Origin: Camelus ferus
Taxonomy: Eukaryota
Direction of reading: 5' to 3'
Length of the DNA: 64,000 nt
Assembly (NCBI RefSeq): GCF_009834535.1
Contig: NC_045697.1
Coordinates: 66,404,001-66,468,000, forward strand
In this document: positions 22,991 through 38,224 of the stretch, piece after piece
Numbering within the stretch: the stretch's first letter is position 1
Layout: every line of letters starts with the position of its first letter
Translations under genes and position numbers: made by a program
The notes under the pieces: model-generated
Databases searched by the model: none
What the model saw: the letters and a program-made list of their open reading frames with translations, nothing else
What the model was told of the DNA's origin: nothing

Positions 22991-25539
22991 TACTAGAGAT
23001 ACTGCTTCCTCCAGCATAGAATAGCTGAGCAGTGTTCTCTGCTTCTAAAAGATGTGAAATTCAGATATAGCTTTGGATAATGATAATAAGGTTTTGTTTA
23101 TCTTAAAGATCTAGTGACTAATTGAGAGAGAGCGAGCTTAGAGAATTAGTAGTAGTAATAGAAGCATAAGAAATATCCCCAGTTTTAAATTTTCCAGTGA
23201 CTTACTATTCATCATTAGAGACATGTTTGGTGTTGTCTGACACGGGGAACTCTTCTTAAATTTTCCTTCCCTTTCTGCTTCAGTTGTTCTGCTTCCATTA
23301 AAAGAATGAGCACTATTTATATGAGCATTCAAATCTGAGGTACCTTTCTCCTTTATTTCTGAGACTAGATTGCTTTCTCACTTACATAAATAGATGAAAA
23401 TTGGTGGGGAAATGGTAGAAACCAAGCCCATTTGGGTTTTATGTTACTTTAGGAATAGGATATGTGAGAACTCTAGATATAATGTGAATATAAATAATTT
23501 TAATGCATGGTTTTCTCATTCAAATATAAGCTAAATTCTACAGATTTAATGTTTTAAATGAATTCTTAGCTTATAGAGTCTATTTGAGTTTACATATAGG
23601 TGATCCTCTTTAGTATTCTTGAGGTCATGAATCATAACTCAGATTTGTGGGGATTTTTTTTTTAATATTATTTTGTTTCTTTTTGTTGTTTCTTCTTCTT
23701 TATCCCCCACTTCTCTCTTAGCATAAAGCACATTGAGCACCCATGATTAGGGCGTGGATTTGTCTTCCCATTATAAAATTAGAAATTGAAACAGTGATAC
23801 GGTGATTTATAAAACTCTATAAATGATAAATAATTTGTTGATTTTTAATTGAATGTTGGCAAAACCAGAAATTTTAAAATCTCTTATCTTTATTTTCAAG
23901 GTACAGACTGAGTTTCTTTTACTTGTAACTCTGACCAAATGGAAATGTTCTATGGAAGGTCAGTTAGTAGGGAGAAAAAGGCAAATTTCTGTATCCCGAA
24001 TTTTGATGATGTGTGATGCAACAAATTAAAAAAGAAGAGAAAACCTAATCTAAGTCCCCACACTCACTTTAATTAAAATACTCGAGATCCAGTTTAATCT
24101 AGGTTCTTAAGAGTTGAAAGGCTGGCTGCTGATGGAAGAAACTAACCTCCTGAAGTTGCGGAAATATCTGATACTTGGCCTTGGGCGCACCTGTTCCAAT
24201 TCTTTACGGCATACATACCAGCATTCTCCACTGCTGAGAGAGATGATAGTAGTTTAATCTGTCCGATTTTGCTTTTAATCACTGAATTAAGAAAAAAAGT
24301 TTGATTCCACTTGATAATATTTGCACAAACCTCTCTAGAATGTACTTTCTTCTGATCCTGGATCTTGGCTCAACTTTAAACCTTTTCTATTTCTACTGGA
24401 TGTGATTTCATGCCTGGATTATGAAGAGTAGACGGTTGTTTATGCTTTCAACATAAGGAGCTTGACAGACAAAATGCGCAGATTCTCTGCTTGTCGTGGC
24501 CACCATCTGTTTGAAATGATTGGGGAAGGGGTGGAGAAGAAAGCACTTGGTGCCCACGATAATGTGCAAGTGTGTAGCCATCGCTGCTGCCCAATTTAGT
24601 ATGTGCAAAATTTCTACCATAGCTTTGTGAACATATTCTTTGAGATGTTGAATTACAAGACTTTATCTCCCCAAGAGTACCAGAGCGTCACTTTGATGTA
24701 GCCCAGTTGTTTATATGAGGACAGCACTAGCCTCAGTGTTTATAAGAACACCCCTGCTAGGAGAAGTTGTTTTCCACACCAGGAAACCTCCCATATGATT
24801 TCTTTCTGTCTTGTGCAGGCTGTAAACGTTTTTCTTTTTCCTTTTGAAGGAGAATATTAGTATTCTTGATATCAGCCTTATTTCTGACTTAGTAAGAATG
24901 AAATATTACAGAATTTTTAAAACATATTTTATGGTTATCTGTAGATTTACTGCCATAACGTTCTCTGTTACTTTCTCTTAATTCAAGTGTAGTAGGTGAA
25001 CTATTTACATCAATAAAGCTTATACAACAAAATGGATTCAACATTCCAATGCTTCCAGCCTGTTTGTCCTTAGCAGAAGTACTAGATCTGTAATTATACT
25101 TCGTTTCTGAAGCAGTTTATATAATGGCTGAGAAGTATGGACAGTCAGGTTGAGGGAAAGAAAGTTAGATCTCTGTAGGAAATGAATCTTTTACAGAATA
25201 CATGAAGGGCTTAAAAGTGATAATCTAAGACGTTAGACATACCAGAGCAAATTAAAAAATAATGCTTTCATACATTATTCCTAAATTTATCCCAGCAGAC
25301 TTATTAAGGAAGTTAAAATAGCAGAAATGAATCATCTCAGTTATCACTATCCCCTCCTTCTAAACTCATCTAGAAGTTAGTACTTCCGGATTTAGATCAC
25401 ACTTGAGAACATCTGCCTTCATGTTTTCATGGGTCAAAGGAGTACCTGGCAAAGAGCTTGTCACACAAAAAGCGCATAATAAATATTTGATGAATTAATC
25501 TTTAGGGACATAGGCACTGGAGTAGACAGAAATGGTTTT

Positions 25540-25960
25540 GGATCCCATATTCTCCACTCTGCTTCTTTGGCTTCCATGCCATACTCTCCTGTTTTTTCTC
25601 CTACTTCCCTCTCTGTTCCCAAAGTATTTCTGTTATTTTGCTTTATGCCTTAGGAGTTCTTCTATTTCATACTACTCTTTCTCTGAACAACTTCATTAAT
25701 TTTCACAGCCATCAATATGCTGATGACTCTTGAATCGGTTCTTCTAGCTAAGTTCTTTTTCCTGAGTTCATATATCCACTAGACTATCTGTACTTAAAGG
25801 AAACACAAGCACCTCCAACTCAAAAAAAAAAAAAAAAGGGTTTGAGCTCTTTGAGAGAAAGGACAGTACATGTTTGGTTCTCTCTTCTGTACCCACGCAT
25901 AACATAGTACCTGCCACACTGTAAACTCTCAGTATACACTTGACTGAATGAATATCTGTA
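25540..25960 (+). mobile_element. LINE-2 fragments
   Basis: atgctgatgactct..., acatagtacctgccacact...tgactgaatgaat. Confidence 0.55.
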
Positions 25961-26479
25961 ATTAAACTCATTATCTTTCCATCATTCTAGCACTAATCCC
26001 ACTATAACATAATTGACTGTTTACTAGTCTATAACCTTTAAACTTCGGAGGGCAGAAACCATGTCTGTCTTGTTCATAGTGGTAAAGTCTAGCACAATTT
26101 TTGTTCAAAAAATAGTAGTTGTTCAAAAAACATTTGCTGCATTTTATTGCTCTACATGTCCTTGGACAAATCACTAATCCTTTCTGAACTTTGTATTCCT
26201 AACCCCATCAAATAGTAAGAATAATACCTTGTATTATTGTTGAGAAGATGAAAGTTCAGGTTAGTATGTGTAAAATTTCTCTTCAACTTTTTACTATTAA
26301 AAAAGGTTCAGATACACACACACACACATAACTGGAGAGTTGGTTTCTTCTACATGCATATTGTAAGGGGTGGGAAGATGGAAGGATTCATAGACTAAAA
26401 AATTGAAGACATACATGCACCAGATATAATATATGGACCTTCCTTATTTGGGTCCTGATTAATATTGTGTTGGGGTATG

Positions 26480-26964
26480 TGTGGAAGGCAGAATAATGCC
26501 CCTCCCCAAAGATGTCCATGTCCTAATACCCAGAACCTGTGAATATGTTACATTACACAGTCAAAGGGGAATTAAGGATGCAGATGGAATTATGATTGTT
26601 TAATCAGCTGACCTTAAAATAGGCATATTATTCTGGCGAGCCCAGTGTAATCCCAAAGGCTTTTAAAAGTAGAAGAGGGAAGCAAAGAGAGAATTGGAAT
26701 ACTGTAGTGTGAGAAGGCCTCAACCTGCTGGCTTTGAGATGGAGGAAGAAGGCATGAAGCATGGAATTTGGGCAGCTCTAGAAGCTGGAAAAAGCAAGGA
26801 AATGGATTTTGCCTAGAGGTTTCAGGGAGAAACACAGCCCTGCCAGCACCTTAATTTGGCCCAGTAATATCTGTGAAGGAGAATTGTAAAATAATACACT
26901 TATGCTGTTTTTAAGTCAGTTAAGCTTTTAGTAATTGGTTATAGCAGCAAGAGAAACTAATGCA
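26480..26964 (+). mobile_element. MLT1D-like MaLR solo LTR (inserted in an old L1 fragment)
   Basis: tgtgg..ggcagaataatgccc..ccaaagatgtccatgtcctaat start; ...tatagcagcaagagaaactaatgca end (TG...CA). Confidence 0.85.
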
Positions 26965-27579
26965 GAGAATAATCAGAAATAAACTGGAAAATTGGTTATT
27001 TGATGATGTTAAGGAAGTTTTTATTTGAGGTGTGATAATGGTACTATGGGTAGGTTTTTAAAGAGTACTCTTAGAAATGATACTGAAATACTATGGATTA
27101 AATGACAGATCCTGAATTTGCCTCAAAATAATTCAGAGATGGCAGTGGGGTGAGTAGGATATTGACAAAACATGATCAGTTAGTTATCAGGTGAAGAGTT
27201 GTTAAAGCTTGATTTTTCCCTTTTATTAAATTTTACTGGGTTTTAAAATAATGAATTGTTCCCTTAGCATCTTGTGAAGATGATTAATGTGGTTTTGTAA
27301 AAATTCCAGAATCATTGTGATCCCATGTAAACTTACATGAAAAAAGTATTTCAATCCTTTGTAGTTATTATTATTATTATTACTTAAGCTGTCTCATCTG
27401 CTTCTTCAAGTCCATTTGATACCACTGTAGTTCTTTCACAGCATTCTTGCTTTCTCATTTGACAAGATATTCTAGATTTTCCATGTTCATTTTTTTTTTT
27501 TTGTCCCAATCATAGAATCAGCAGTTTCTCTAAGAAGTCTGGTTCCTTTCAGTGGGAGGACAATAATTCTGCTACCAGA

Positions 27580-28250
27580 GTCATTCATTCTCTAAACAAA
27601 GGTTTCCTAAACAATATGCCAGGAAGTGTTCTAGGTGCTAGAGATATAGCAGTGAACAAAATAAGCAGTGTCCCTGACCTCAAGGTATGGAGAAATAGAT
27701 AATAAAAAGCAGTAAGAAAAACATAAAATGTATTAGATAGGGATGATAAACCAGTTAAGGAGTATAGAGAATGCTGGTTTGTGGGGAGGGGGTTGCTGTT
27801 TTATACAGGATGGTCAGAGCCACATTGATAAAATGGCCTCTGAGCAGAGAACTGGAAGGAATCGAAGAAACAAGCCATGCAAACAGCTGAAGGAGAGATT
27901 TCCAGACAGAGGGAATAGGAAGTACAAAGGCTCTGAATCATACTGGCCACTTAGAGAAATAGTAAGGAAGACAGTGGGCCCCATAGGTAGGGAGGAGAGG
28001 AAAAGAGACACATCAGGTCAGAGAGGTAGCAGGAGTCAGATTCTATAGGACCTTTGGTTTTAGTTCTGAGTTGGAAGGGAGCTGTTGGAGGATTTTGAGC
28101 CTCAGAGGAGTAACATGATCTGATTTGGTTTTCTTGGCCTTTATGTTGTTGGCAAGACTAGAAGCAAGACCTTTAGGCAGTCACTAATAATAAGCCAAAC
28201 AAAGATGATGGTGGCTTGGACCAGGACGTACTATAGACGTGGTAAGAAGT
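27580..28250 (-). mobile_element. LINE-2 fragment
   Basis: tcattcattc...tatgccagga..gttctaggtgctagagatatagcagtgaacaaa; ggaggattttgagc motif. Confidence 0.7.
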
Positions 28251-31200
28251 CATCAGTTTACGTATTTCTCATGTTGTCGTGGGCAGTTCATCTTCCAGCA
28301 CCAGCTTGCCCTCCTGTTGAATGGTATGTTCAGCAATTCGAAAGCACTACATCTAGCAAGGGTAACCTACCTTGGAAGACACTAACCACAGCGGTTTGTT
28401 TTGGAGGATGTTATCCCCCTAGCCGCAATTGACTTATGTTAAGTTTCCAAGTAAGATTTGACATAATATAGTATTTTTTCCACCTAATATATGTATCAGT
28501 AATATGAATATTTTTTACTGGCAATTGAATAATTTGACTTGAACCAGAAGAGTTTAACTGATGAATTTCATGCCTATTTAAGTGCAGCCTGGTCGGGGGT
28601 TTAATGTATACATTATAATCTTCACTATGCTCTTTTAAAGAATATTGGTTTAGAGTTAATAGCTTTTTTCTCAACAGGAATAGAAAGCAAAAATATCATA
28701 TAACCTACCTTATTCTTAATACAGTTAGAAAACATTTGTTTTCAGAGAATTCACACATTGTACTACCTGGAGTTTTATTGGTCCTAATCTGTGTTTTCTC
28801 TTTGGAAACTTTTTATTTATATAAACAGGTGCCTTTTAGCTTATCTATTTTTGAAGCATATAGTAAATAATTAGATAATTTCTAATTCCTTATATATTAC
28901 ACAGTATTTTGTAGTATTATATATAATATATAATATTGTAATATTTTATGTAAATCCCCAGTAATATACTATGTGGCCCAGTGAGAAGTTACTTGGATAA
29001 ACTTGATAATCATCACTTGTTTAGAGCCCTAACAATGGTTAGAAAAGAAAATTAAATTTCAGAATAAGATTGCTTAAAACTTGTGTTAACTAATTTGCTA
29101 AATACGTAACGCAAACTTGAATCATCTGCTTAGGGGGAAATGCAATTAAGATCTTTCTAGAGTAAAGAATTTTCATTTTACCTTTTAAAGTGATATATCA
29201 CAAACATTTCCCATGACAGAAAGTACATGTTCTACTAAATTAATGAATATTTTGTGGTTCAGTTTTTCAGAATTCTTTATCTCCAATTTATAGTCTGTAG
29301 TCCAAAAGAGATGACTTCATTTCTTTGTAGTAAATTAAATTTCATGGTTAGTAAGTCAGTGGTCTGTTTGCTTTTTAAAAAAGTATTGCCCCTTAGAATT
29401 CTCAGATCGCAAAGACAAATATTTTTTAAATTAGCAACTCAACATATTGTGGGTTGGTTATATTTTATTTGATTAACTTGACAACTTGATGTATTATATA
29501 CTGAGAAAGTATTCTAGTATGCTGCTAGGTTTTTCCACTAATTTGTGTTTACTTATTTAATGATAGCCGTTGTAATCTTAAGTGTGACTATCATAGTGCT
29601 GAAAACAAAAGCACAGGATAAGTATGAATGTATGTCATTCCAAACATTTAGAAGACTTATAAATAACCATTTTAAAGTTAATAAAAGATATCTCACTAAC
29701 ACTGTTAGTTTGGAGAATAACTGTCGGCTTTAAATTTCAAGATGAGTTTTGTGGTGCCGAAATGTATTTGATACAAAAGAGAAAAATTAATTTTTAAGCA
29801 CGGCCCCATTGGAGTAGAGATCAGTCATAAAAGAAGCCAAATTTAATGGAAATTGTTCAAGAGTAAGATTACAAAGGAAAACTTGAGTCAAGAACTAACC
29901 TCCCCCTGATGTTCTCATTGTGACATTTTTCTGACTCACTCATTATTCAGTTTGAATAAGTCACTTAAATTTTTGTGACTGAGATTCCTAGATTATGAAT
30001 GGGGCAAATTCAGTGTTCCCATTTAATAGTTCTATTAGAACTTAAAAGAAAAATCTGTTTTTATTACAGATAAGTAGATTGAGATCTTTAAACTGCTATC
30101 TCTAAAGAGATTTGTATCTTTTTTTCCTGTGTAAAAGTGGTTTTTATGGCAGGTTCAGTAAATGCGAAGTAGTTCGGCTTCTGTACTCCCCGTGGAGGAT
30201 TGTTTTGGTCTCTGTGGTAGTGTAGTTCTCTACAGAATTATAAAGGAAGCAGGGCTCATCTCATGTGCTTCCTCTCTTCCAAAGCGTCACCTTCTTACAC
30301 CTCTCTCTCCCCAGTAAGCCAAATGAGCAGAGGCCAGGGGGCTGGCACTCAACAACTCACAAGTTGCCCTCTCCTGTGCTAGAGTAGTGAGAAATCCAGT
30401 GTGGAGAAATGAAACATCACTCTATTCATACAGGAAAGAACTGTTCCTTTGAAATGGTCAGGGCTTGGTAATACAAGGCTTGTGTAGCTTTGTGTGTGGG
30501 CCAATGTACGAGCAACACAGCAACAAAACAGAGGTGTGAGAACTTCTGTCTTTTTCAGAGTGGCTAAAATGGGGCTGTAACAGAAAGCAAGGCTTTTCTT
30601 CCCAAGGAAGGAACAGCAGTGAGCTTAGAACCTTTTTATACGTGTCTAAGATACAGTCACATGTTTCGTGTTTAAGAATGGCTTCTCATGTTAAATGAGT
30701 TACTTCCCCATGTATCTTCTCCTGGAGGCATGGGCCAGATGGATTATGTCCCATTTTACAATGACTGATGGAGAATTACTACACTCTTTTATTGCTAAAA
30801 ATGTCTCAGTGACTCAGTACTTTAGGGCTTATGCATAGATAATGTGATAAAATAAAGGCATATGGTAGATGAAAGAGTCTGACTCTCTTTGAGGTCTGAT
30901 TTTCAGATTTTTCAATTGGTAACTTTCCCACTGTTTGAAATCCTGAACCTGATCCCCATTTAAAAAATATCTAAATCGTGTTCTTTGAAAAGGCGAAATG
31001 AAAGTGACTTGGAACCTTCCCTTTTTCATTTGCTTAATTAAATATTAATTTTTTGCCTTCTGTTTTTAAGCCAGTTTTCTGGTAATGGGTAGAAAGAAGT
31101 GTTGTAGAAGGAAATTCATTTTACAGAGTTTATCATTGACTTAGGAAGGAAAAGATATTATAGGATATTGATAAATAGCAAATACATAGGTGGGGGTGTT

Positions 31201-31395
31201 AAAGATGTTAAGAGGAACAAGAGCACACTTCTGGCTGAGATGGTCAGGGAATACTGGGGAAGAAAATGGCACTTCCATGAGCCTCACAGAATGTGGGAAA
31301 ACCGTGCATAGCAGTGGACATTTCATTAGCTGTGGGTGGTAGAAGCGGGCCCAGCACAGCACGTCCAGGAGACAGTGAGTACACAGTACAGTAGT

Positions 31396-31760
31396 GTCAG
31401 TCAGTCACAAAGACAAACATCTGGTATCATTTATATATGGAATCTAAAAAAATGATACAAATGAACTTATTTACAAAAACAGAAGGAAACTTATAGACTT
31501 AGGAAACGAACTTATGGTTACCAGGAGGAGAAGAGGGGAAGGAAAGGATAAATTGGGAGTTTGGGGTTGGCTGATACAAACTACTATGTACAGAATAGAT
31601 AAACAGCAGGGTCATACTGTATAGCACAGGGAACTGTATTCAATGGCTTGTAGCAACCTGTAATGGAAAAGAATATGCATGTATATATGTATAACTGAAT
31701 CACTATGCTGTACACCAGAAAGTAATACAACATTGTAATTTTTTTTTAAATGCAAAAAAT
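31396..31760 (+). mobile_element. L1 3'UTR fragment (same subfamily as 60901-61795)
   Basis: ggaatctaaaaaaatgatacaaatgaacttatttacaaa...ctgtatagcacagggaact...tataactgaatcactatgctgtacacc. Confidence 0.9.
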
Positions 31761-32369
31761 AGAAATGAAAGAAATTTAAAACAAGACATTGAAGGAGAGA
31801 GTTGTGCTGTGCAGATCAGTAAGGTAACAAGGATGAGAGTATATACAAAGTGAGAATTATGTAATTTTCTTTCTCATTTCTATAAGAGAAAGTGTGAATC
31901 TAAGAGAGTGAAACATGTTCTCAGTCCAGTTGACTCAGCTTCAAACATGGGCACTCGTAGAGCTCCCTGGCCTGCAAAGTGCCATTTCACAGCTCAGGTG
32001 CCAGGTAGAGCAATGGGGGAGATGTGCTACGTGTTTATAAATGCCAGGTGTCTGGCTCTGTAATGTCACATCATTGCAAATAGGCTTTATTCTGGTGAAG
32101 GAGAATTATCCTTCAATTATCCTAATTAATCTTATCCAATTCCAATCACACCTTTAATAAGAATCCTGACAGTATACACACACACATACACAACCACACA
32201 CATGTACATCCACACACTGTTAATTTATATTATTTATATGCTTTTCTTAAAAGTTATTCCTTTTAAACATTTTGAGTATATGCCTTTTCTCTTCCACTAC
32301 ATTTTAATTGCCTTTGGGTAAGGCGCAGGCCTTCATTTGGTTTCAGTTCCTCAGTTTTTGCAGATGTTC

Positions 32370-33200
32370 ATTTATGTATAGATTCCAGTTTACTCATTTA
32401 TTCATTCCAGACACTGTATCAGTTGCTAGGGTTAGGATTAGATATAGTCCCTGCCCTCAGGGAACTCACACACTGTTTAGGGAAGAAAAGACACGCATGC
32501 ATGTAGTAGAAGCAATAATAAAGTCATTCACAGAAAATTATGGGAACATGGAAGCAACATTAATCTAGATTATGTGGATGGGGCAGTGGGGAGAGGTAGT
32601 TCCGGGAGGATTTTTGGAGCAGTTGACTCCTGAGATGCATCTTAATGAGTAGGGGTTACTGGGTAAATAGGAAGAAGGGTAAAGAAATGACAGTGAAGAC
32701 AACCTGTGAATAGATAGACCCCTCCACAGGGGAAAATGAGGCAGTGTGGTATTCGCCGTAGCAGAAAGAGAAAGGCAGATAGAGATGAAAGATGAGGCTG
32801 TGGGGCAGGAAGAGACCACTAGAGGAACCTGTATGCTTAACAAGCGTGGACTAAAAAAGTAAATAAATAAATTTTTAAAAACAGCATGGACTACACTCAG
32901 TGGTCAGAGAAGAGGGAGATTCTTGAAATGGTTTATTAAGAGTCGTGATCAGATAAGATTTCAGTCCTAGGTGGCACTGGGAGCATGAATTTAAGGAGGA
33001 TGAGACATTTTGGTGGCTAGTCCAGGTGGGAGACATTCAGGACATAAACCAGGACAGTTTTGTAGGGATGGAGATAAGGGAGCAAAATTAAAGAACTCTT
33101 TGTGATACAAAATCAGCAGGACCCATTATAACCACAGAGGGGCAAGGAGGGCCGTAGGACGTATATGACTGGGTGACTGAGTTCAGAGTCTACTTAGACA
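32370..33200 (-). mobile_element. LINE-2 fragment
   Basis: actcatttattcatt...tagtccctgccctcagggaactcaca motif; approximate. Confidence 0.6.
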
Positions 33201-33638
33201 ACACAGGAAGAGAGAGTAGAGAGTGAATTCACTTTTGCTTTTATCTTCAACACATTAAAATCTTTAATGTGTCTGTGATAATATTCTGAGTTAAGTCTAA
33301 TTAATGGTTAGCCGAGTTGTCTGGATGGCTGGAAATACCTCGCCACCAGTATTCAGCTTGCCCACACCCCGTCCTGGAAGCAGAGGTGACCCTGCTTTTC
33401 CTGCACCACCCTCTGCGTTCATCTGTCATAACTTCTTCCCTGTGTTGTAATCCTTGAATTTCTTTCCTGTTTTGGTCTGTAGTCTCAGCCCAATGTTGGG
33501 TACATAACTTCTCCGTAAGTGTGGGTGAATGAGCTAAGAAATGAAGAGATTATTTTTAAAATAATATTATTATTTGCTTATCAGGAAAAGTTTAAATCTG
33601 ACTTCTTCTCATTCTGATTCTTCTGTTTTAACTACTAG

Positions 33639-33813
33639 CACCTTCCACTGGAAGAGTCTCAAACAGTGGGACACCCACAGGCGCCGTGGCACCAGCCAGC
33701 TCCGCCGGAGGGCAGCCCCAGCCCAGCGATGAGGACACTTTAGTGCAAAGAGCCGAGCACATTCCCGCAGGCAAACGAACTCCCATGTGTGCCCACTGCA
33801 ACCAGGTCATCAG
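33639..33813 (+). CDS. PDLIM5: PDLIM5 exon (175 nt, phase 1/2): linker end and start of LIM1 (PSTGRVSN...DTLVQRAEHIPAGKRTPMCAHCNQVIR)
   Basis: tag| acceptor at 33638, CAG|gttggt donor; frame continuous with flanking exons. Confidence 0.97.
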
Positions 33814-36800
33814 GTTGGTTATTTGATTTTTAAATTTTCTTGAAAGGACTTGATACCAATGTTGATTTTTTTTAACATTCTGAAAGAGTAGACATTTTAT
33901 TAGTGAAAATATTCTTGCTGTATTTCTATGTAATAGTTATTGAAGTAGACAGGTATGAATATGTGTATTTGTTAGAACCTATTTTAATGAAAAGTAATTC
34001 TGAGCTCTGTGAAAATAAAACTAAAAATACCAATTTAGTCAGTTACTCATTCCTATCAGAACTAAGGAAAAATAATGATTAATTTGGCTTCTCAGAGAAT
34101 AATAAAATATTAAGACTCATAAGGACCCTGAAGATCATTTATCTGAACAAACATCAGTATTTTACAAATTATAAAAGTGAAAACTTTCATTTAGATGGAA
34201 AATAACTAGTTATATAAAATAAAGAATTTTAAGCCCTAGAGAGAAAAGAAGATTGGATTTTTTGGAATACCTAAGCACTGAGAGGGTATCATTACCTGCA
34301 GATCTGTTCATAAATGCTTTACATTTTAGATCAGGTCATAACCTGCTTTAAAATTTTTTTTACCCAATTGTATTTTATTGTTTCTTAAATTCTAAAAAGC
34401 AAGACAGGCTAAGTAGTGAGTGTGCTACACTGGCACTTATTAAATCTCTGAGCATTTCTGAATAAATGGCTTCTAAAATGCTGTGAGGTTGAGGTGTGAA
34501 TGTTAATTCAGGGATCCCACCACAGGACCTTGTTGCCTCTGTGAGTTGCCATGTTGGCCGTAACAGATTAAGGCTTGAAATGACTGCTCAAGCTTTCTCC
34601 TCATTTTTAATTTACCCTGTTTTGAAATAACTGAAACAGTGGTTTTCTAAAGTTGAATAAGGTGTTAAGCCTTAACTTGCATTTTCCCATCCTCTCTTAC
34701 ATAATCATTGCTTGGGATAATATTTCTGGTTACTGCTTAAAATGGACCACAAGAGGTCTCAGTACCTTATAAGAGCCAAATATAAATTGGTCTTCTTTTT
34801 AACCCACTGTTAAATAATAAATGTGTGAAGAACACAGCACAGGGTACATGATTTTTTTTAAAATAGCTTTTGTATTTTAAAGGTAGTCTATGTTCATTGT
34901 GACATTTCCAAAATACAGAAAGCAAAAATAAAAGTTCATACATAAGTCCACCTCCCAAGATAACCATTATTAGTATTTTATAGTTCACACTTTCAAACCC
35001 ACACACTTAAGGACAAATTTTTTTTTTTACAGAAAGAGAATCATAATGATATTCTGTAAACTTTTATTTTTCACTTAGTTTGTATTTTCTGCAGTGAGTA
35101 CCTGCTTTGTAAGAATTAGCCAGCAGCAGTGGGAGTAGTGACAGTGGTTGTGGGGAGAAGGAAGCAATCAGTAGAGGTTTCCAAAGTCCGGCAGAGTCTG
35201 CAGCACACAAAAGGCATCAGTGACTGTTTGACCTAAACGGATCATACATGACTCAGCACCAGCTTATCCTTCGGGCCATAATTTAGTTTGGTTAGTCATT
35301 TTTTTTTTTAAAGTTTCTACTATAGGGTCTTACAGAAATATTTAACTATTATAAAATCTAGTGTGGTACTGCTTTGTCCCAATAAATAAAGTTGTGTTTT
35401 TAATTACTAACTGTATTTAGGGTTATATTTTTAGGGCTGGTATTATTAAGAAGAAGTTTTGACTTATAACATTGTTTCTGTAAGTTATGGTACTTTGATT
35501 AACCTATACTGGTATGTGGGGATACTGTGTTCTGGATAAAAACATCCTTTATGGGGACAGGAGTCACTGCTGTTCGTGTGCCGTTGTAAGCAATAATCGC
35601 TGGATGGGTTAACAAAATGTCGCACCGTATCAGTTGCTGATTCGTGTGGTTTGATGATCAGATTCTGAGATATCCTGTAATATGTTGTGATACCACGACT
35701 GCCAGCACATCTGAAAAACTTAGTATGGAGAAAATGTGAAGGGCAAAATAGAAATTATGCTCCCCATCTTTAAGTGCCTTGGTTTCAGTTTTTAAAATGC
35801 TAGATCAGGATGTAATTTTAATGTGCAATCTTCTGCCAAGTGAAATAAATATAATTGCGTTAATAACATGAATAGCCCTCACTTACTACCCCCCTCATCT
35901 GTTAAATTTTGTATTGGTCTGGATTATCCCAGCACTTGTTATCAGTTAAGCACTAAAGCTTCATTTACTAGGGTTGTTAATAAGGACAAGGATTAGCTCA
36001 TGTCAGGATCCTATAACAGTAATTAACATAACACATTTGCTTGGTGCTCAAATGCTAAAGCAGCTTGAATAGATTGCGGTTATTTCTGAGACCTAGTCAA
36101 AGCATAATTTCAGTTCTTGGCCTCGGTGTCAGTATCACTTACCAAAGCAACGAGGCGTTGGATCAAGTGACATTCTCTTGGACACCTGTTTTAAAAACAA
36201 GCTGCAGTTGTAGGCTTGATACTTTCAGTATAGGATATTGTAATCTGGCAGACTCTGAGAAGTTTAAGATTATTTTATAATTTATACTACTTGTTTTCCA
36301 CAGTGTGATTTATATTATTTGTTTGTAATTTCTATTGTTTTGTTTTATAGTTATCTTCTAAATATTTCAAATTTTCAAAATTATTTTTTTTAAGTAAAGG
36401 CAAACTAAGGCAAATTTTATGTTTTATTTCATTGTTGTTTCTTTTTAAGCAAAGTTTTTGGAAAAATTTCAGCAACCTGAGTCACTGAATGTTAGCACTG
36501 AACTGGTTATCTCCCACAGAACATATTTTTAGCTTAAAACTGCAGAGATCGTTTTACTTTGATCTGATGTTTAAACTTTTTTGGTTTATTTGAACCTTGA
36601 GGAGATTATGAATGTTTTGCCTAAGTTGTATTATTTAAGCAATACTCTGATTAGTTAGTTGCCTTTTACAGATGGATACATTTTAGGAAATTCTACTGAA
36701 GCTTTGATTAAGTTTGCTATAGAAGATTTCCAATCTGTTTATGATAGGAGTACCTTTCTTCAACTCTTACACTCGTGAATAGACTGACTGTTGGAGTGCT

Positions 36801-37499
36801 GATATAATAGGGAAACAGAAAATCAGGCTACTAACGTAGCCAATGCCACATTTTCGTTTCTCTGGTAGAATGGGCTTATGAAAACACTAGCTTATTTCTG
36901 GACTGTGTATCTAGTGGCATTAAAATCTATTGACTACTTGTATTACGTGGAGTTAAATAGGCCATTCACATTTAGCTTCTTAGCATTTTGGTGAAAGAAG
37001 TAAGGAATTTATGGTGCTTGAATTTCTGCTTAGATATGGAATGCTTAAAACACACACACACAATACTATTGTTCTGTCTTTGCCTGCAGTACAGCACCAG
37101 AACAATCACATTCAGACAACCCATTGTGTATTCCAGTGAGAGAGAGGATTTTAATATTGTTGATTTGTTTCTTGCTGACTTATTTTCAAGCTTAAAAGGA
37201 GGGCCATTTCAGCTATCCCAAGGAAAAAGCCAGCAGAGTTTTTTTGCCTGTCTGACAATCCATTTCTATCTCTGAGCACTCCTTTATTAATAAATGGGTT
37301 TTATTTATTTCCTCTTCTGGTTAAGATTTTATTTGAAAATAAAAGGTTTCTTGGCTTAATGTGTTAGTCCCTCAATTTAAGGAAACAGTCTAAGACATAG
37401 ACCAAGATTTTAGATCTACTGGAGTGAAAAATTGGAAAGAACAAAATATTCAGCTCTGTATGATGTAATAGTATGGCACCATTAAGATCCAATTTTCAG

Positions 37500-37700
37500 A
37501 TAATAATTATTTAATGTATTCCTAGCATGTCCCAAATACTGTGTTAAGAATTTTATCATAACCTTGTGAGACAGTTACTACAGTTGCCTCAGCTTCACAG
37601 ATGAGAAAACTGAGGAACAGAAAAGTTACATATTTGCTGAAGTTACATAAATAGTAAATTCAGTAAAGCTGAATTTGAGCCCAGATCTAACTTTAAATTT
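37500..37700 (-). mobile_element. MIR SINE
   Basis: ttcacagatgagaaaactgaggaacagaaaagtta core. Confidence 0.65.
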
Positions 37701-38224
37701 TATTCATGATTTTAACTTCCACATCTTAGGAAAATGTTATAGTATTATATTAAGATAAAAAAAGAAATATAGAACTCTAAATAAAGTGTGATTCTAATTT
37801 TGTATAAGTAAAATATTTACCTATATATTAATATATAATAAAAATAAATATTATGAATATATACTACTGTATTAAATCGGGGTGGTGGGGGGACCAGCTT
37901 AAGCAGACCTGCCTTAACTTAAGAGTGTGGCAGTGTACTCTTCTTCGTAACGTTAGAGTGTGTAAATGAGAAAGGAGTAAATAATAAATAGGCTGAACAG
38001 GTAAAATTTCTTACCTCCCTGCCAAATGACTTTGTACCACATACTTGCATTCTTAGACTCATGGAAGTGACCCAGGAGTAGGGAGGTTCACTTTTCCAAT
38101 TTCTCATCTAATGTAGAAATAGTCATTCTATAAGCAATGCTCATTGAGTATTTTATGTATCATCTCCACTAGGTACCAGCGATACAGAAATCAAAGGCAT
38201 ACTCCCTTCCCTTAAGGAGGGTAC

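Noticed and set aside
26442..26451. CArG box CCTTATTTGG
   Set aside because: A single 10-mer inside an old repeat fragment, expected by chance in AT-rich DNA.
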